This document shows, piece by piece, positions 43,014-56,454 of a DNA stretch of 64,000 nucleotides. The position numbers were made by a program, and so were the translations under genes. The notes below the pieces were generated by a model. That model had not been told where the DNA came from, searched no databases, and saw only the letters and a list, made by a program, of their open reading frames with translations. Positions within the stretch are counted from its first letter, which is position 1, and every line of letters starts with the position of its first letter. Source of the stretch: Octopus sinensis (lineage: Eukaryota); the NCBI RefSeq assembly GCF_006345805.1, contig NW_021833745.1:7618-71617 (forward strand), given 5' to 3'.

Positions 43014-44307
43014 TAGATATATATATATACACTCATACATATATGCATGTGGGTTCTGAGTGTGTACGTGCATATTAATGAGTTATAAGTATCTAGAAGC
43101 ACCTAAAAACGTCAACCTAGTTTTCAGTAGGTACGACAGTGTACAGTTCACAGTGAATTAAACTATAAAGGTAGGAAGATATATTTATCAGATGCTGGTA
43201 GGATACTGCATATAGGTATGTAACAAAATCAATAGTAAATCCAACTCTGGGGTGTGTCTCCGGTTGGGAGTATAAAATTTAGACTACAATGGAGATTACC
43301 TAACTACGACACTTATTTCGTTAACGCTTGGGAAGTTGCATTAGCAGAAATTGTGGAATTTGGACAACGTGTGACAAAATAGACTCATTTATTCGGATAT
43401 ATTAAACGAGTCCATGAATCTCATTTTTCACAATTTCACCCAAAGTAACGTAGGTCACAAACAAATATAATTCATATCATTCGTCAATAATCCAAGCTTT
43501 GGATTAATATCATACGCCAATTGTCCAGGGATTGGTCTTTAAACATGGACCTTGTTATTAGCAATCAAACACCGTAGCCGTTTAGAAATACTTCGTCGAG
43601 AAGCAGCATTTTGGGATATAAAATTTCTAGCAATATTTGTATTAACGCACAACGACCTAAATCCAAGTCACCCCTAATCATCCGTGGCAAGAACATACAT
43701 AGATCTGACGGCAGAAGGATTAATGGAATTTTTCCTGGAATTATGGTGAGACATTGCACTTAATGATTCTATTTCCTACATTCTGAAAGTTGCGAGAAGA
43801 GATACCATGGACATCAAGAACGTAGCATCCTTGAAAGAAAATTACCCGAGCTTTCACAAGGCACCCTACCTCTGTATGGGATGCGCTGACAATATTCCCA
43901 GCACATATACCTGAGAGACATAACGATTATGTCCAGGACCAAGAGTCTCATTTTGTCACAAATGCCACACAACAATCTAAACATAAATATGTTCCCTTAT
44001 GGATTTATATGTATTGCTTAAAACCACAATCATCACATATATTCTACTTTATGATATCTAACGAGCTTTCAATTCGAAATGCGCTTGGATATATGGATAT
44101 GCATACATGCACAAACATCTATATTTAAACACATGTACATACTCATGCGCACACACACAGAAACACACACACTCATACACAGAACCACATATATATATAA
44201 ATAGATTTACATACACATACATGTATATTTATATATAGTTGTATATATAGGTATACATATAGTCACGCATATATAGTGACTCGATTCCCAGTCCTATAAT
44301 TATACAC

Positions 44308-44374
<67 letters not shown>

Positions 44375-44603
44375 TATAACGAGGGACAGCTCGTTAGTTT
44401 TTGGTAGAAAAAACTGTCCGATTCTAGCAAAAACTAGATAAACGGCAACGGGAAACTCAGAGTAACAGGTTTTGTTGAATTTTCTGCTGCTTTAAATAAA
44501 GCATATTACTCTACCACTGGTATTTGAGTACTCTTTTTCCACGTTGTTTCACATTTATGTGTTTACTCCGGTATATATATAATATATATATATATATATA
44601 TCA

Positions 44604-44664
<61 letters not shown>

Positions 44665-45020
44665 TATATTTACACAAACTCATGTATGTGTAAAAGTATA
44701 GATGTTTGTGTATATATAATGTATAAAGAAATTAATATAGGATAACAGAACTTTAGAAATTTCACTACCAGTGGCCTAGCAAATATAAAGAGTCAATAGA
44801 CAACATATTTTTAATGTAGAATTAGTGTACATTTAAACACAAATGTGGCGACCTTTAACAGGCAGCCTTACGTGCTAGAAGGGGCAGTCAAATCGTCCAA
44901 AACCACATTTCAGTGTAATTTTGAAGGGACTGGTCCTTCTAGCACGTAAACCTGCGTGTTAAATGTTTCCGCTTTTGTGTTAAAATCTACACTAATTATA
45001 ATGTATAAAGATATATGCAT

Positions 45021-45059
<39 letters not shown>

Positions 45060-45960
45060 AATCTAGTATATATTTATATATATATGCACAGATGTATCTG
45101 TGTCTGTAGGATTTTGTTTGCATATTCAATGCAAAATTATCTCTTTGTCCCATCATAAGGACATAGGAGCGCTGGCTCTCTTGTATATCCCACACATGCA
45201 CCCACGCGTACGCACACACAAATACACACATATTCGTACAGGAAGACCAACTCAACTCTAATAGTCTTCACGTATCAAATCTCCAATAGAATTCCGCCCA
45301 ATATAACAAACGATGACGTGTGTATTTCAATACCGAGAAAAAGAAAGTAACAAGGAGAGTGATGGAGGTAGAGAGACAGAGAGAAATAGAGAGAGAGAGA
45401 GAGAGAGAAAAACGAAAGATAGCGAGATAAGAAAATTGAAAGGAAGAGGGGACGTAGGCATATTGTGCTATGTCAATAGTGTGACTCGTATGTCATGTGA
45501 GAAATCAACAGCTTTCTCACAAACACAAATTATTTTAGCTTCGCAGCATCTTAATTGTATGGAAGTTGTAAAACGACTAATGCTACATTTACGCTGCATA
45601 CGGTAGTGCACCTGCGTCTCTTGTATGTGGAACTTGACAGTTGATGAAGCAGAAACGCATTCATTGAAGTGGTTTATATACATCAGTTGGCCCGTCTTCT
45701 TTCACTTTGCCGTGGTTTTGTTTCCAGACAACTTGTCGACTAGAGGAAATTTCTCCTCCTTCGCAGCGATTTCGCTTTATTACGAATCGACTTTTATTCA
45801 GAGTAGGAGCACGGGGATAATGAAGTTTAATTTTCATGCTTATTCGTTTCTGTGTATACATAGAGGCTTCCGTATACACACACAGACACAAACACATGCA
45901 CATACAGACACACTCATATAAATTACATATGTATAAAATATAATTGTTTGTGTATATATA

Positions 45961-46014
<54 letters not shown>

Positions 46015-46116
46015 CACATATATATACATACATACACATATATATATATGTATATATATATATGTATATGTATATATATACATATATATATATATGTATA
46101 TATATACATATATATC

Positions 46117-46156
<40 letters not shown>

Positions 46157-46876
46157 TGCATATATAGATACATATATATATATACACACATATATTTATA
46201 AATATTTATATACATATACATGAGAGTGTGTGTGTGTATGTATGTATACATATACACACGCACACACACACACCACACAAACACAAACGCACACACATGT
46301 ATATATGCGTGCGTATACATGTCAATGTTTGTGAGAATATCTACGACTGTTTATTTGTACGCATGCGCCTCGCCTTCATAGGCAAGTATTTGTACAATTG
46401 TATGGGTGCTTCCTCGTGGGGTCCTTCTCCCTCCGTCTCTACATCAATACATCTTCTCGATCGGTATCGTTACAGCAGTCTATCAAACCACCAATATAGC
46501 GAAAAAAAATACACAAAACGAAGTGAAACATTACATCCGCTTTTGCCTTCTCTTCCATATCAGTGAAAAGGAAAAGAAACGAGAAATTTATAACCGAACC
46601 GTTTAACATTTTATTGACTTGGCGGACATCTTTGTCTGTACGTCTACAATATAACAACGGCGATACATTACCGTCCAGGCTGCTCTCATCAGTAAACACA
46701 TTTCCTAGTTATATCATATGTTATATCGAGTCGGAAGTTTTTCAGGTATATTCATGCGTTAAAATTCATGTCATCGTCGTAAACTTCGCGTCATCATCGT
46801 AGCCTCCACCACGGGCGTCGCCGTCGTCGCTGTCATCCTCATCCTCATCATTAGCGTCGTCGTCGTCGTCACCCAC

Positions 46877-46954
<78 letters not shown>

Positions 46955-47221
46955 GTCATTATCATCGTCATCATCATCATCATCTTCCTCATCATCATCA
47001 TCATCATCATCACCACCATCCCCTACCCCTCTTCCTCCTCCTCCTCCTCATCATCATCATCATCAACATCATCATAATCATCATTATCATCGTTGTCTTC
47101 ACCGTCGTCGTCATCATAAATAATCGTCATCAACATCATCATCCTCATCATCATCATCATCATCATCATCGTCGTCGTCGTCATCGAATCAGGATCTTCA
47201 TCAACACCATCAACGTTCTTA

Positions 47222-48137
47222 TCATTGCGCGAGAGAGCAGCAGCGCATGCCATCATGGTGAGGCTAGGTTGCAAATATTCGAAGCTGAATATGCCCATCA
47301 TGGCTAGGCTACCCGTATCATAAGGTTACACGAAACCAATACATCACAACCATACGTGCGCGACATACTGAGTCCATATCAAAGCAAACAGTGCATTACC
47401 GTGCATGCGTGGCCCAGCATTTACTTCAGGTTGAGTAGCCCCTTCTGCACAAAAGATCCCTGAATATGAGTTATTTAGGGATGATGGACGAAGCAGGCAT
47501 GTTCTCACATAGAGTTATTTAAGTACCAGTCACGCACTGGGGTCGATGTTGTCGACTTAATACCTTTGTCTGTCCTTGTTTGTCCACTCTGTGTTTAGCC
47601 CCTTGTGGGAAATAAAGAAATAGGCATTTCGTCTATCTTTACGTTCTGAATTCAAATTCCACCGAGGTAGACTTTGCCCTTCATTTTTTCGGTGTTGATA
47701 AACTAAGTACCAGTTGATGGACGAAGAAGCCATGTTCTCACATAGAGTTATTTAAATACCAGTTACGCACTGGGGTCGATGTAATCGACTTAATACCTGT
47801 GTCTGTCCTTGTTTGTCCACTCAGTGTTTAGTCCCTTGTGGGTAATAAAGAAATAGGTATTTCGTCTATCTTTACGTTCTGAATTCAAATTCCACCGAGG
47901 TAGACTTTGCCTTTCATCCTTTCGGTGTTGATAAACTAAGTACCAGCTGTGTACTGGGGTCTATCTAACGCGACTCTCCCCCTTCCCCAAAATTTCTAGC
48001 CTTGAGCTTCGAGTAGAAAAAGGATAAGTGCATCGCTGATTATAAGCGAGAGTAGCAGGATAGCATCATAGCCATGTTTTGAGAGGAGTGTTTTAGAGTT
48101 TAAATAAATCTATGTAAGAACATGTCATATAAATGAT
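47222..48137. mobile_element. Nested complex: diverged E repeat, tandem-duplicated SINE A segments, inverted E fragment
   Basis: E-like 47222-47521; ~233-bp tandem unit starting at ~47483 and ~47716; A2 tail to ~48025; inverted E piece at 48045-48137. Confidence 0.75.
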
Positions 48138-48438
48138 TCACGTATTCTGTAGAATCGTAATACATGGTCTTGAGCATCAGGGATCGCCCCAACTGTCTCC
48201 TTATCTAGAAATCCATATCTTAACCACCACCAGGTTTGTTCATCAGCTTCAGTTGATGCTTGCAAGGAAAACATCGCTGTGTATAACTTTCCCTTCCTAG
48301 TTTGTAGAGCTGAGATAACGGAAAGCGACGTGTAGGATCAGAGACGTCACGTGAATTCCTGAATTCTGAATTTACCGTTGTCCAATCACATGACTTCAAT
48401 GGACTAAGCTGTACTCTTCCTGAAGAAGTATCAATAAC

Positions 48439-48506
<68 letters not shown>

Positions 48507-48738
48507 CATTCAGTAGGTATATTTTTTATAGCGTGCTTTTCACTTCACTACCGAGCGCAGCTTCTGTGTGCCTTGGGTATGTGCTGTGATTTGTTGTGAT
48601 GCTCTGATGGTTATTGTATGGAAAGTGTTCTGCGTAGGATGTGTGCAGTGCCTAGTATGCAATTTTCTGTATGTTATATGTGTTTGTAAGTCCTGGTGTT
48701 TTTGTTATGTATTTGTCTGAATATTTTTTTATCATGCC
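48507..48738 (-). pseudogene. 3' end of an R4/Dong-like (RLE) LINE, 5'-truncated, ending in (AAT)n
   Basis: Minus-strand translation GMIKKYSDKYITKTPGLTNTYNIQKIA/(frameshift)LGTAHILRRTLSIQ*, the typical RLE C-terminus; then 3' UTR and the (AAT)n tail at 48439-48506. Confidence 0.85.
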
Positions 48739-48852
48739 TAATCTGCCTAATCATGCCTAATCTGAATATTTTTTTATCATGCCTCATCATTTATATGACA
48801 TGTTCACACATAGAGTTATTTAAACTCTAAAACACTCCTCTCAAAACACTCC

Positions 48853-48906
<54 letters not shown>

Positions 48907-49395
48907 CCATTATAATCACAAGATCTGAAAATATGGTGAATATATTTTGGACCTGGTTATTTCATTCCTCGGATTTCTCTAACACCTGCTCGAATTCAGA
49001 AATGATACCTAATAAATTCAGAACTGTATGTAATTTTCCAGTGTGTCCAAATATAATATTTAGATGAGATACTATAGTCGGCAGAATTTGTGTACCTGGT
49101 ATATACCTTATAATGTCATATATCATCCAATAACTCAAATCACAGTTTCGCAACTTACGAGGTGTGGTATTTTTGCTAAGATCGGCATTATCAATTAAGT
49201 CGGGGAAAAAATATTGCAACACCAGGTGAAAAAAAAACTATCAAAAATATCATATGTGTTCCTTCCCAATGTGCCTCTAATTATCGCATGGAACCAGGAC
49301 AAAGCTGAATAGATGAACTCATTAAAATGTCATAATGATTCACAAGATATTTTGAAAGAAAAGATTATTCAAATTATGCCCTGTAGTAAAAGAGG

Positions 49396-49656
49396 TGGAA
49401 GCGCAATGCCCCAGTGGTTAGGCCAGGGAACTCGTGGTCGGAGGATCATGGTCTCGATTCCCAGACCAGGTATTGTGTGTTTTTATTGAGTGAAAACACT
49501 TGAAGCTCCACGAGGCTCCGACAGTGGGTGGTGGCAACCCATGTTGTACTCTTTCACCCCAAATTTCTCTCACTCTTTCTTCCTGTTTCTTGAGTAACGC
49601 TGCGATGGACTGGCTTCCCGTCCAGCTGCTGTGAACACATACCCCATAGAAACCGG
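49396..49656 (+). mobile_element. SINE with a group C head and an alternative 3' tail
   Basis: C-type head and body up to tcttcctgtttct, then tgagtaacgctgcgatggactggcttcccgtccagctg...agaaaccgg instead of the usual C tail. Confidence 0.8.
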
Positions 49657-50849
49657 TAAAAGAGCACAGAAAAAAAGTATGAAATGGCTGCAGATTTGTA
49701 TCCAGAATCTGTAGTTTAGCAATTTTTTTCTACTGCCTGGTTTTCGCTTGCTCCAGTAAATAAACAGTTGAATTATGTCTGCTAAACTTTCTTTTGTGTA
49801 ATTCTATTTTCTTCCTTTAAGAGTTAAATATATATCGAGAGTAGTATTATTTCTGTCTGAAAGGGAAGAAAAAATTCTCAAGAATTTTAAAATAATGAAA
49901 ATATTTAGAAATACATTTGAATATGAATTTTTTTCAGACTGTAAAAAAAAAAGAAATTCTGAACCTTCATTTATGATATAAATGAAAAATAATAAAACAA
50001 ACAAAATCGACAGTAATGAAAATGAAATAGAAAAATAAAATTAATATAATTTATACAACAGTAAATGAAAAAAAATCAATTTAATTTTTTTATCAAATTC
50101 AATTAACGAAGAAATTAAACAATGTAAAGTAACATGAACATCAGTATACTCTTCCTTCTCCTCTTCCTCCTCATTCTTATACCCATCATCATCTTTAGTG
50201 CCATCAGCATCAGTATCCTAAAAAAAAGTACATTACTACGGTCATCATGTGTATCATCATCTTCATTATCATCACTGTGGTGGTGGTGGTGGTGGTGGTG
50301 GTCATTAAGGAAACCATTACCGTCATCAGTGTCGTGGTTATCAACATCATTATGAATATCGTATTCGTGGTCTGCGTCGTCATCCCCTTCTTCTGTTCCT
50401 TCTCAATTATCATCCTCACATTTAGCATGCATCCTCCTCATCGTCTAAACGCCAACAATACCACAATCATTAGCTTCATTATCAAACCGATTGGACATCA
50501 TTATCAAATATGCATATTGTTACCACTCATTTGGTTATCGAAATCATGGTTTTCATCAAGATTACCGAAGATATGATCATCCACATCAGAAACATGTAGC
50601 AGCAACACCATCGGCAGGAGCAACAGCATCGGAAACAATAACACACACACACACACACACACATACACAATATGGAAATAAGGTGATTGTCTATTCACAA
50701 TCATTAGAGAATCAAACATTTAAGAATACAATAATGGTGAATGTCTGTAGGATATTTACTCTGCTATGATACGAATCCTCACGTGTTAATTTCCAATCTT
50801 GCTGAGAACCCTTTATTATTTCCTCATTGACTCGAAGAAAAATGAAACA

Positions 50850-51473
50850 TTCAGGAAATTCACGAAAACACACCATTAAAATCGTCAACGAAAATTAAGA
50901 ACGATTCGTGTAATTATGGTCAGCTGGCAGAATTGTTAGCACGCTGGACGAATTACTTAGCAGTATCTCGTTTGTCTGCACGTTCTGAGTTCAAATTCTG
51001 CCGTGGTCGAATTTGCCTATCATCCTTTCGGGGTCGACAAATTAAGTAGCAGTTGAGTACTGGGCCCAATGTAATCGACTCTCGCTCCTCTCCCAAATGT
51101 CAGGCATTGTGCTTATAGTAAGAAAATTCATTTCCTTAATGTCGGAGAGAAAAATTAACCATTCGCGAAATTCACGAAAACGCACCGTTAAAATCGTTAA
51201 CGAAAATTAACTACGATTCATATAATTATGGTGTGCTGCCAGAAAAGTTAGCAGGTTAGACGAAATTCTTAGCGGTATTTCGCCCGTTGCTACGTTCTGA
51301 ATTCGAATCTCGCCGATGTCGGTTTTGCCTTTCATCTTTTAGGGATCGATAAATTAAGTAATCATGAAACACTGGGGACGATGTAATCGATTGTCCCACT
51401 CCCCCAAATTCCAGGCCTATGCCTATAATAGAAAGTATCATCATCATCATCATCGTCGTCGTCGTCGTCGTCG

Positions 51474-51559
<86 letters not shown>

Positions 51560-51930
51560 TTTTTTTTTTAAGGCAACGAACTGGCAGATTCGTTAGAACG
51601 CCACGCATACTGCTTTGCGGCATGTTGTCCATCTTTACATTCTGGGTTCAAATTCCAGTGAGGAAGACTTTGCATTTCATCATTTCGAGGTCGATAAAAT
51701 GAGTAATCTACTAGACACCTTCCTCTTAGTTTCAAACATTGCACCTATCGTACAAATGATTATTATTATGATTATTACCAAGGCGGCGAGCTGGTAGAAT
51801 CGTTAGCATACTAGCCAAATTGCTTAGTGGCATTTCGTTCGTCTTCGCGTTTTGAGTTCAAATACCACCGACGTTAACTCTGCTGTCATACTCTCGCGCT
51901 ACATAAAATAAGTAATAGTCCACGTAATCG
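50850..51930 (+). mobile_element. Cluster of four group A SINEs; the first two share a duplicated ~70-bp 5' flank
   Basis: gaaattcacgaaaac.cacc.ttaaaatcgt.aacgaaaattaa precedes the SINEs at ~50915 and ~51230; further heads at ~51570 and ~51780. Confidence 0.8.
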
Positions 51931-53173
51931 AATTAACTCATTATTATTATTATTATTATTATTAACTCATATATGTATATATATGTATATATAGGTTATG
52001 AAAGGTAACGGTGTCAGTAAGACTTAAAGGTGTCAGGTAATGCTGAGTAAGTGCTATGGACAGACTATAGTTAAGCTCCAATGTTGGTGATTCTGCGAAT
52101 GAGAAGTCCGACGTCTGTCATATATTCAAAATTCGGACAGAATTTATGGGATGACCTGGTAATTCAACTAGATACAATATCCGTGTATATCTCATGTTGA
52201 ATTCATGTCTGTTTGTATAGAAAATAACAAAAACTGAACATTTTCGGTATTTAAAACGTGAATCAATCACCTGTAGTACAAAAAAAAAAAATGCTTCAGG
52301 AAGCTCAAGGAAGATTTTAACCGGAATGTTGTTTTATGGCTATACATATACTGAATTTAAATAGTGATGGATTTGTCATTCACTCTGATTCATCTATATA
52401 AAATTGTTCGCATATTACTGTAATCCATTACAGCTTAAACAACAATATTCTCTGGGAAATTTCATCTGAAAAATCTCTCTCAAACTTGTGTAAGTGTTAC
52501 GTGTTCGTCTCTCTGATAAATTAAAATACCTGTCAAACACTCACATTCAGGTGAATCATTTGATCATGCGCTTCCTAATATCGATTTCTGTGCTTCTCCA
52601 GACCAATTAACATGGCATTCGGTCAATTTGAATCCGAGGAATAATTCTGTGCAATGTATTCTTCGTTTGTGTGGCAGTTGTATTCCAGCTGAGTGAAACT
52701 TTTCTGAATTTTCTGCCAAGGGGCGAATGCAGACATCTCTATTATTCGATTGTTTCCTTTCTATTGACTAATGTAATTAATTAAGCTACAGAGTCGTTAG
52801 TCGTGTGTTGTGTGAGATATAATTGTTTATAAAGTTCTGGTAAAGATGTTACTCCTACTGGAAATACCGGCATTTTTACACGACAATAAATCCTAGTAAA
52901 TACCTGGCCGTTAAGATTGACATGTCCGATTTTTAAGTGAAAGTTTATTTTATTTTATCTCAACAGAAAAGCAATCAAAAATATGCACCTAAATTATCAA
53001 CACATGAACATAATTTTTCCATTCTATCGGTAGCTTAATCATGCCGGCAGCGAATGTTTCTGGGGAGCAAGAATGTGATGAAATCACGAAATTCTGTTTT
53101 TTTCATCTTTTTCAGATTTGAAGTTTTTTCCTTGCAAAATTTGCCTTGACTGGAAAACGTGATAGTCAGTTTC

Positions 53174-53297
53174 TGTGTATGTTTGGCCCCCCGAACATCA
53201 CTTGACAACAGATGCTGGTGTCTTTACGTCCCCGTAACTTACCGGTTCGGCAAAAGAGTTCCGATAGAATAAGTACTAGGCTTACAAAGAATAAGTC
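53174..53297 (+). mobile_element. 3' half of a SINE group B, inverted relative to its neighbour
   Basis: Reverse-complementary to 53406-53528. Confidence 0.85.
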
Positions 53298-53581
53298 CTA
53301 AGTTGCCAGAAATAACTCTCTTTACTCTTTACTCTTTTACTTGTTTCAGTCATTTAACTGTGGTCATGCAGGAGCACCGCCTTTAGTCGAGTAAATCGAT
53401 CCCAAGACTTGTTCTCTGTAAGCCTAGTACTTATCCAATCGGTCTCTTTTGCCGAACCGCTAAGTTATGGGGACGTAAGCACACCAGCATCCGTTGTCAA
53501 GTGATGTTCGGGGGCCAAACAGACACACAAACACACACACACACACAAGCATATATGTATATAATATATATACACACACAC

Positions 53582-53644
<63 letters not shown>

Positions 53645-53647
<3 letters not shown>

Positions 53648-54144
53648 AATTAGTAATAAATGGCACAACTAAGTACCGATATTTACTGGAAATAGCGAAC
53701 GTAAAAATACGATGCTAATGTGTAGCTTCACCGCGTATGTATTAGTAAAAATGCGTGTGTGCAACAAAATAGAGAAAAAAAACCCGTCTTACCTCCAGGG
53801 AGAACATCTGAAAGATGAAACACCCGGAAAATGGATAATGTGGTACCTGCAGGTTTCAGGTTTTGCAAGATATGTCTCTCACCCACATTTTGCTTTACCT
53901 TCTTCAGCCAAACATATACCAAGACGAAATCTACGATGCTACCACATTAATACTAACACACTCGACTGAAATACGGAACGCTAACAGTACGAGAAACGGT
54001 GAAGAAGTTTCAAAATATCAGTAATGCAATACAAAGTATTGCCTTCCAGTAAAAAGTAGCCCGTGAGGGAAAAATACACAAATTAGTAAATAAATGGCAC
54101 AACTAAGTACCGATATTTACTGGAAATAGCGAACGTAAAAATAC
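53645..54144 (-). mobile_element. Terminally redundant HHR-bearing element, unit length ~433 bp
   Basis: 66/67-bp direct repeats at 53645-53710 and 54078-54144; hammerhead inside; inserted in the (TA)n of a SINE. Confidence 0.72.
53838..53915 (-). ncRNA. Type I hammerhead ribozyme
   Basis: Minus strand: augUUUGG-CUGAAGA-AGGU aaa GCAA ... UUGC aaa ACCU-GAA-ACCUGCAGGU-A-CCAcau. Palindromic stem III, GUA cleavage triplet; the stem II closing pair is A-U instead of the canonical G-C. Confidence 0.75.
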
Positions 54145-54562
54145 ATATATACGACGGGCTTCTTTCAGTTTCCGTCTACCAAATCCACTCACAAGGCTTT
54201 GGTAGGCCCGAGGCTATAGTAGAAGACACTTCCGCAAGATACCATGCAGTGGGACTGAACCTGGAACAATGTGGTTGGTAAGCAAGCTACTTACCACAGA
54301 GCCACTCTTAACTAGTACATTTCATATAATACCATTTCAGCAACATGAAATTCTCACAAGTCCATAGACATACAAACTTAGATATATGTGTATGCATCTA
54401 TGTATTACTATGTGAGTTTTATGAAAATGTGTATATACAATTTCAAACTTTAATGGGGAAAGCTAATGACTTCAACATTTATTCTGACTAGTAAAGGACA
54501 CATAATACTCGAAATCACTGCTAGTAAGGTGGCTTTGTTAAGTTTTAAGTGGTATAATTATA

Positions 54563-54796
54563 AGGCGGCGAGCTGGCAGAAACGTTAGCACGCCGGGCGA
54601 AATGCGTAGCCGTATTTCGTCTGCCGTTACATTCTGAGTTCAAATTCCGCCCAGGTCGACTTTGCCTTTCATCCTTTCGGGGTCGATAAATGAAGTTCCA
54701 CTTACGCACTGGGGTCGATGTAATCGACTTGATCCCTTTGTCTGTCCTTGTTTGTACCCTCAGTGTGTTTAGCCCCTTGTGGGTAGTAAAGAAATA
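54563..54796 (+). mobile_element. SINE group A1 with a 12-bp target-site duplication
   Basis: ggtataattata at 54551-54562 and 54797-54808. Confidence 0.95.
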
Positions 54797-54935
54797 GGTA
54801 TAATTATAGGCAGCAGTTACACACTAGGATAAATTTTATATCTTACGATAAACTTGGACAATTTTTGCATCGCTGTGCTCTCAGATCAAAGCCTCGTAAT
54901 GGCGTGGATTTCTTTAAATATGACTGACACCAGCA

Positions 54936-55318
54936 TCTCTCTATATATAAACGGCAGTTTGTCTGTGTGTGCTTCTGTGTGTCTGTTTGGTTGTACCCTC
55001 ACCCTGACCACGGCTTTCAACCGATTCTGATGAAACTTGACACACACATAGCCCAATGTCATAATTCAAAACTAACGCAGCGAAAATTTTGAAAAGTTCC
55101 CCCAGTTCTGAAAAAGATCGATAAATTCGACATGGGGTCGACAATCAGAAACACAAACCACTGATGGTCTAGGGGACGCAACTCGACCTTTTTAACTATT
55201 AAAAAATTTACCATCATTTTTTTCCCCATTTTTTTGCTATTTTTTGGCTATAACTCTCTAAAAATGCTTTATAGTTATTTCCCTTACAAACCCGAGCAAC
55301 GCCGGGCGATACTGCTAG
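54936..55318 (+). mobile_element. Non-autonomous Helitron, intact termini
   Basis: A|TCTCTCTATATATAAAC...; subterminal hairpin cccgagcaacgccggg at 55291-55306; ends CTAG|T; inserted between A and T with no TSD. Confidence 0.9.
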
Positions 55319-55580
55319 TTTCAATATATATGTACGTGCAGCAATATTTTTTTAAGATATGATCGAAACATGAGTGTTATTAGCACGCGGGTATCGAAGA
55401 GCTATCTCTCAAGGAAGTTTTAGGTCTAATGATTAACATCTTCAGAAAAATAATTAAAGTTTATTATGCAGGCAATTACTTTTTATAACTATTACTATTT
55501 TCATTCTTTCCTGATTTTCTACTGGAACTCTTCTTCTTCTTCTTCTTCTTCTTCTTCTTCTTCTTCTTCTTCTTCTTCTT

Positions 55581-55611
<31 letters not shown>

Positions 55612-55706
55612 TTATTATTATTATTATTTTATTATTATTATTATTATTATTATTATCATTATTATTATCATTATTATTATCAGTATTATTATCATTATTA
55701 TTATTA

Positions 55707-55752
<46 letters not shown>

Positions 55753-56354
55753 CATCATCATTATTATCATCATTACTACTACTACCATTACTGCTATTAC
55801 TACTACAACTACTACTACTATTAGTGCATTTTTCTGGTTTGCGTTTCTTTTAATTATTAAACTGAATCTTGAATCTGCTCTGATCTGAATTTTACATTTG
55901 AAATGACTTTCAAAAATGATAATTTTGTGCATCGTTTCAGAATAGTTTCAACACTAATTAATTACTAAAGAAAATTTGTGTTACATTATTAACTGCAATA
56001 TTTTTTTTTATATTCGTTAAACTTTTCCTTTTAATTTTTATTACTTTCTGCGTTACATTCTTCTTCTTTTTTTATTTTAATTTAATTGTTGTCTGGAATA
56101 ATTGCAATATTTTTTTAGCTAATTTGCATCAATATTTTCTTGATTTTTTTAACGATGCTACTTTGAGTGATATTAATTTCAAAATAGTTTTGGCGGAATT
56201 TACGTTTTCGTTTTTATTAATTTTATTTGTGAATCATTTCCAGTGCAGTACACTTCATTCTACTAACCATTGAACGGTTAAGAAGGGACGAAGCTTAATG
56301 TGACAGTCAAGGAGACAGAATAAAGCCATTGACCTTTTAACTTTCTGTAAACAG

Positions 56355-56369
56355 AGCACAGATGGCCAG
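56355..56369 (+). CDS. Candidate 15-nt microexon
   Basis: ttttaactttctgtaaacAG|agcacagatggccag|GTAAAT, followed by an 85-nt intron-like segment ending in a strong acceptor. Confidence 0.4.
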
Positions 56370-56454
56370 GTAAATAGGTTACTGGGCAAACAGTTCTCTG
56401 GAAAAAGGAAAAGTATTTTTAATTTAATTTCTTGTCTCTTTTACATTTATACAG

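Larger units (their letters stand above)
53316..54306 (-). mobile_element. SINE group B split at its internal (TA)n by a ~500-bp insertion
   Basis: Tail at 53316-53550, (TA)n, insert 53645-54144, then head 54145-54306 (atatatacgacgggc...ccacagagccactc). Confidence 0.88.

Noticed and set aside
43565-43759. Minus ORF containing PKMLLLDEV (Walker B-like)
   Set aside because: No ABC signature upstream and no D-loop downstream; an isolated short match.
45728-46745. Plus-strand segments after strong acceptors (45728, 46564) with open frames
   Set aside because: Donors are weak, several frames and both strands are equally open, and no homology is recognisable; cannot be distinguished from background.
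48962-49222. 86-aa non-repetitive minus-strand ORF
   Set aside because: No recognisable domain, no clear splice sites, and no true ATG start.
53793-54000. Apparent strong splice signals (plus acceptor ttttgctttaccttcttcAG at 53907; minus-strand 15-nt exon ending gag|GTAAGA)
   Set aside because: They lie inside the HHR-bearing mobile insert; the pyrimidine tract plus AG is simply the reverse complement of the ribozyme core.
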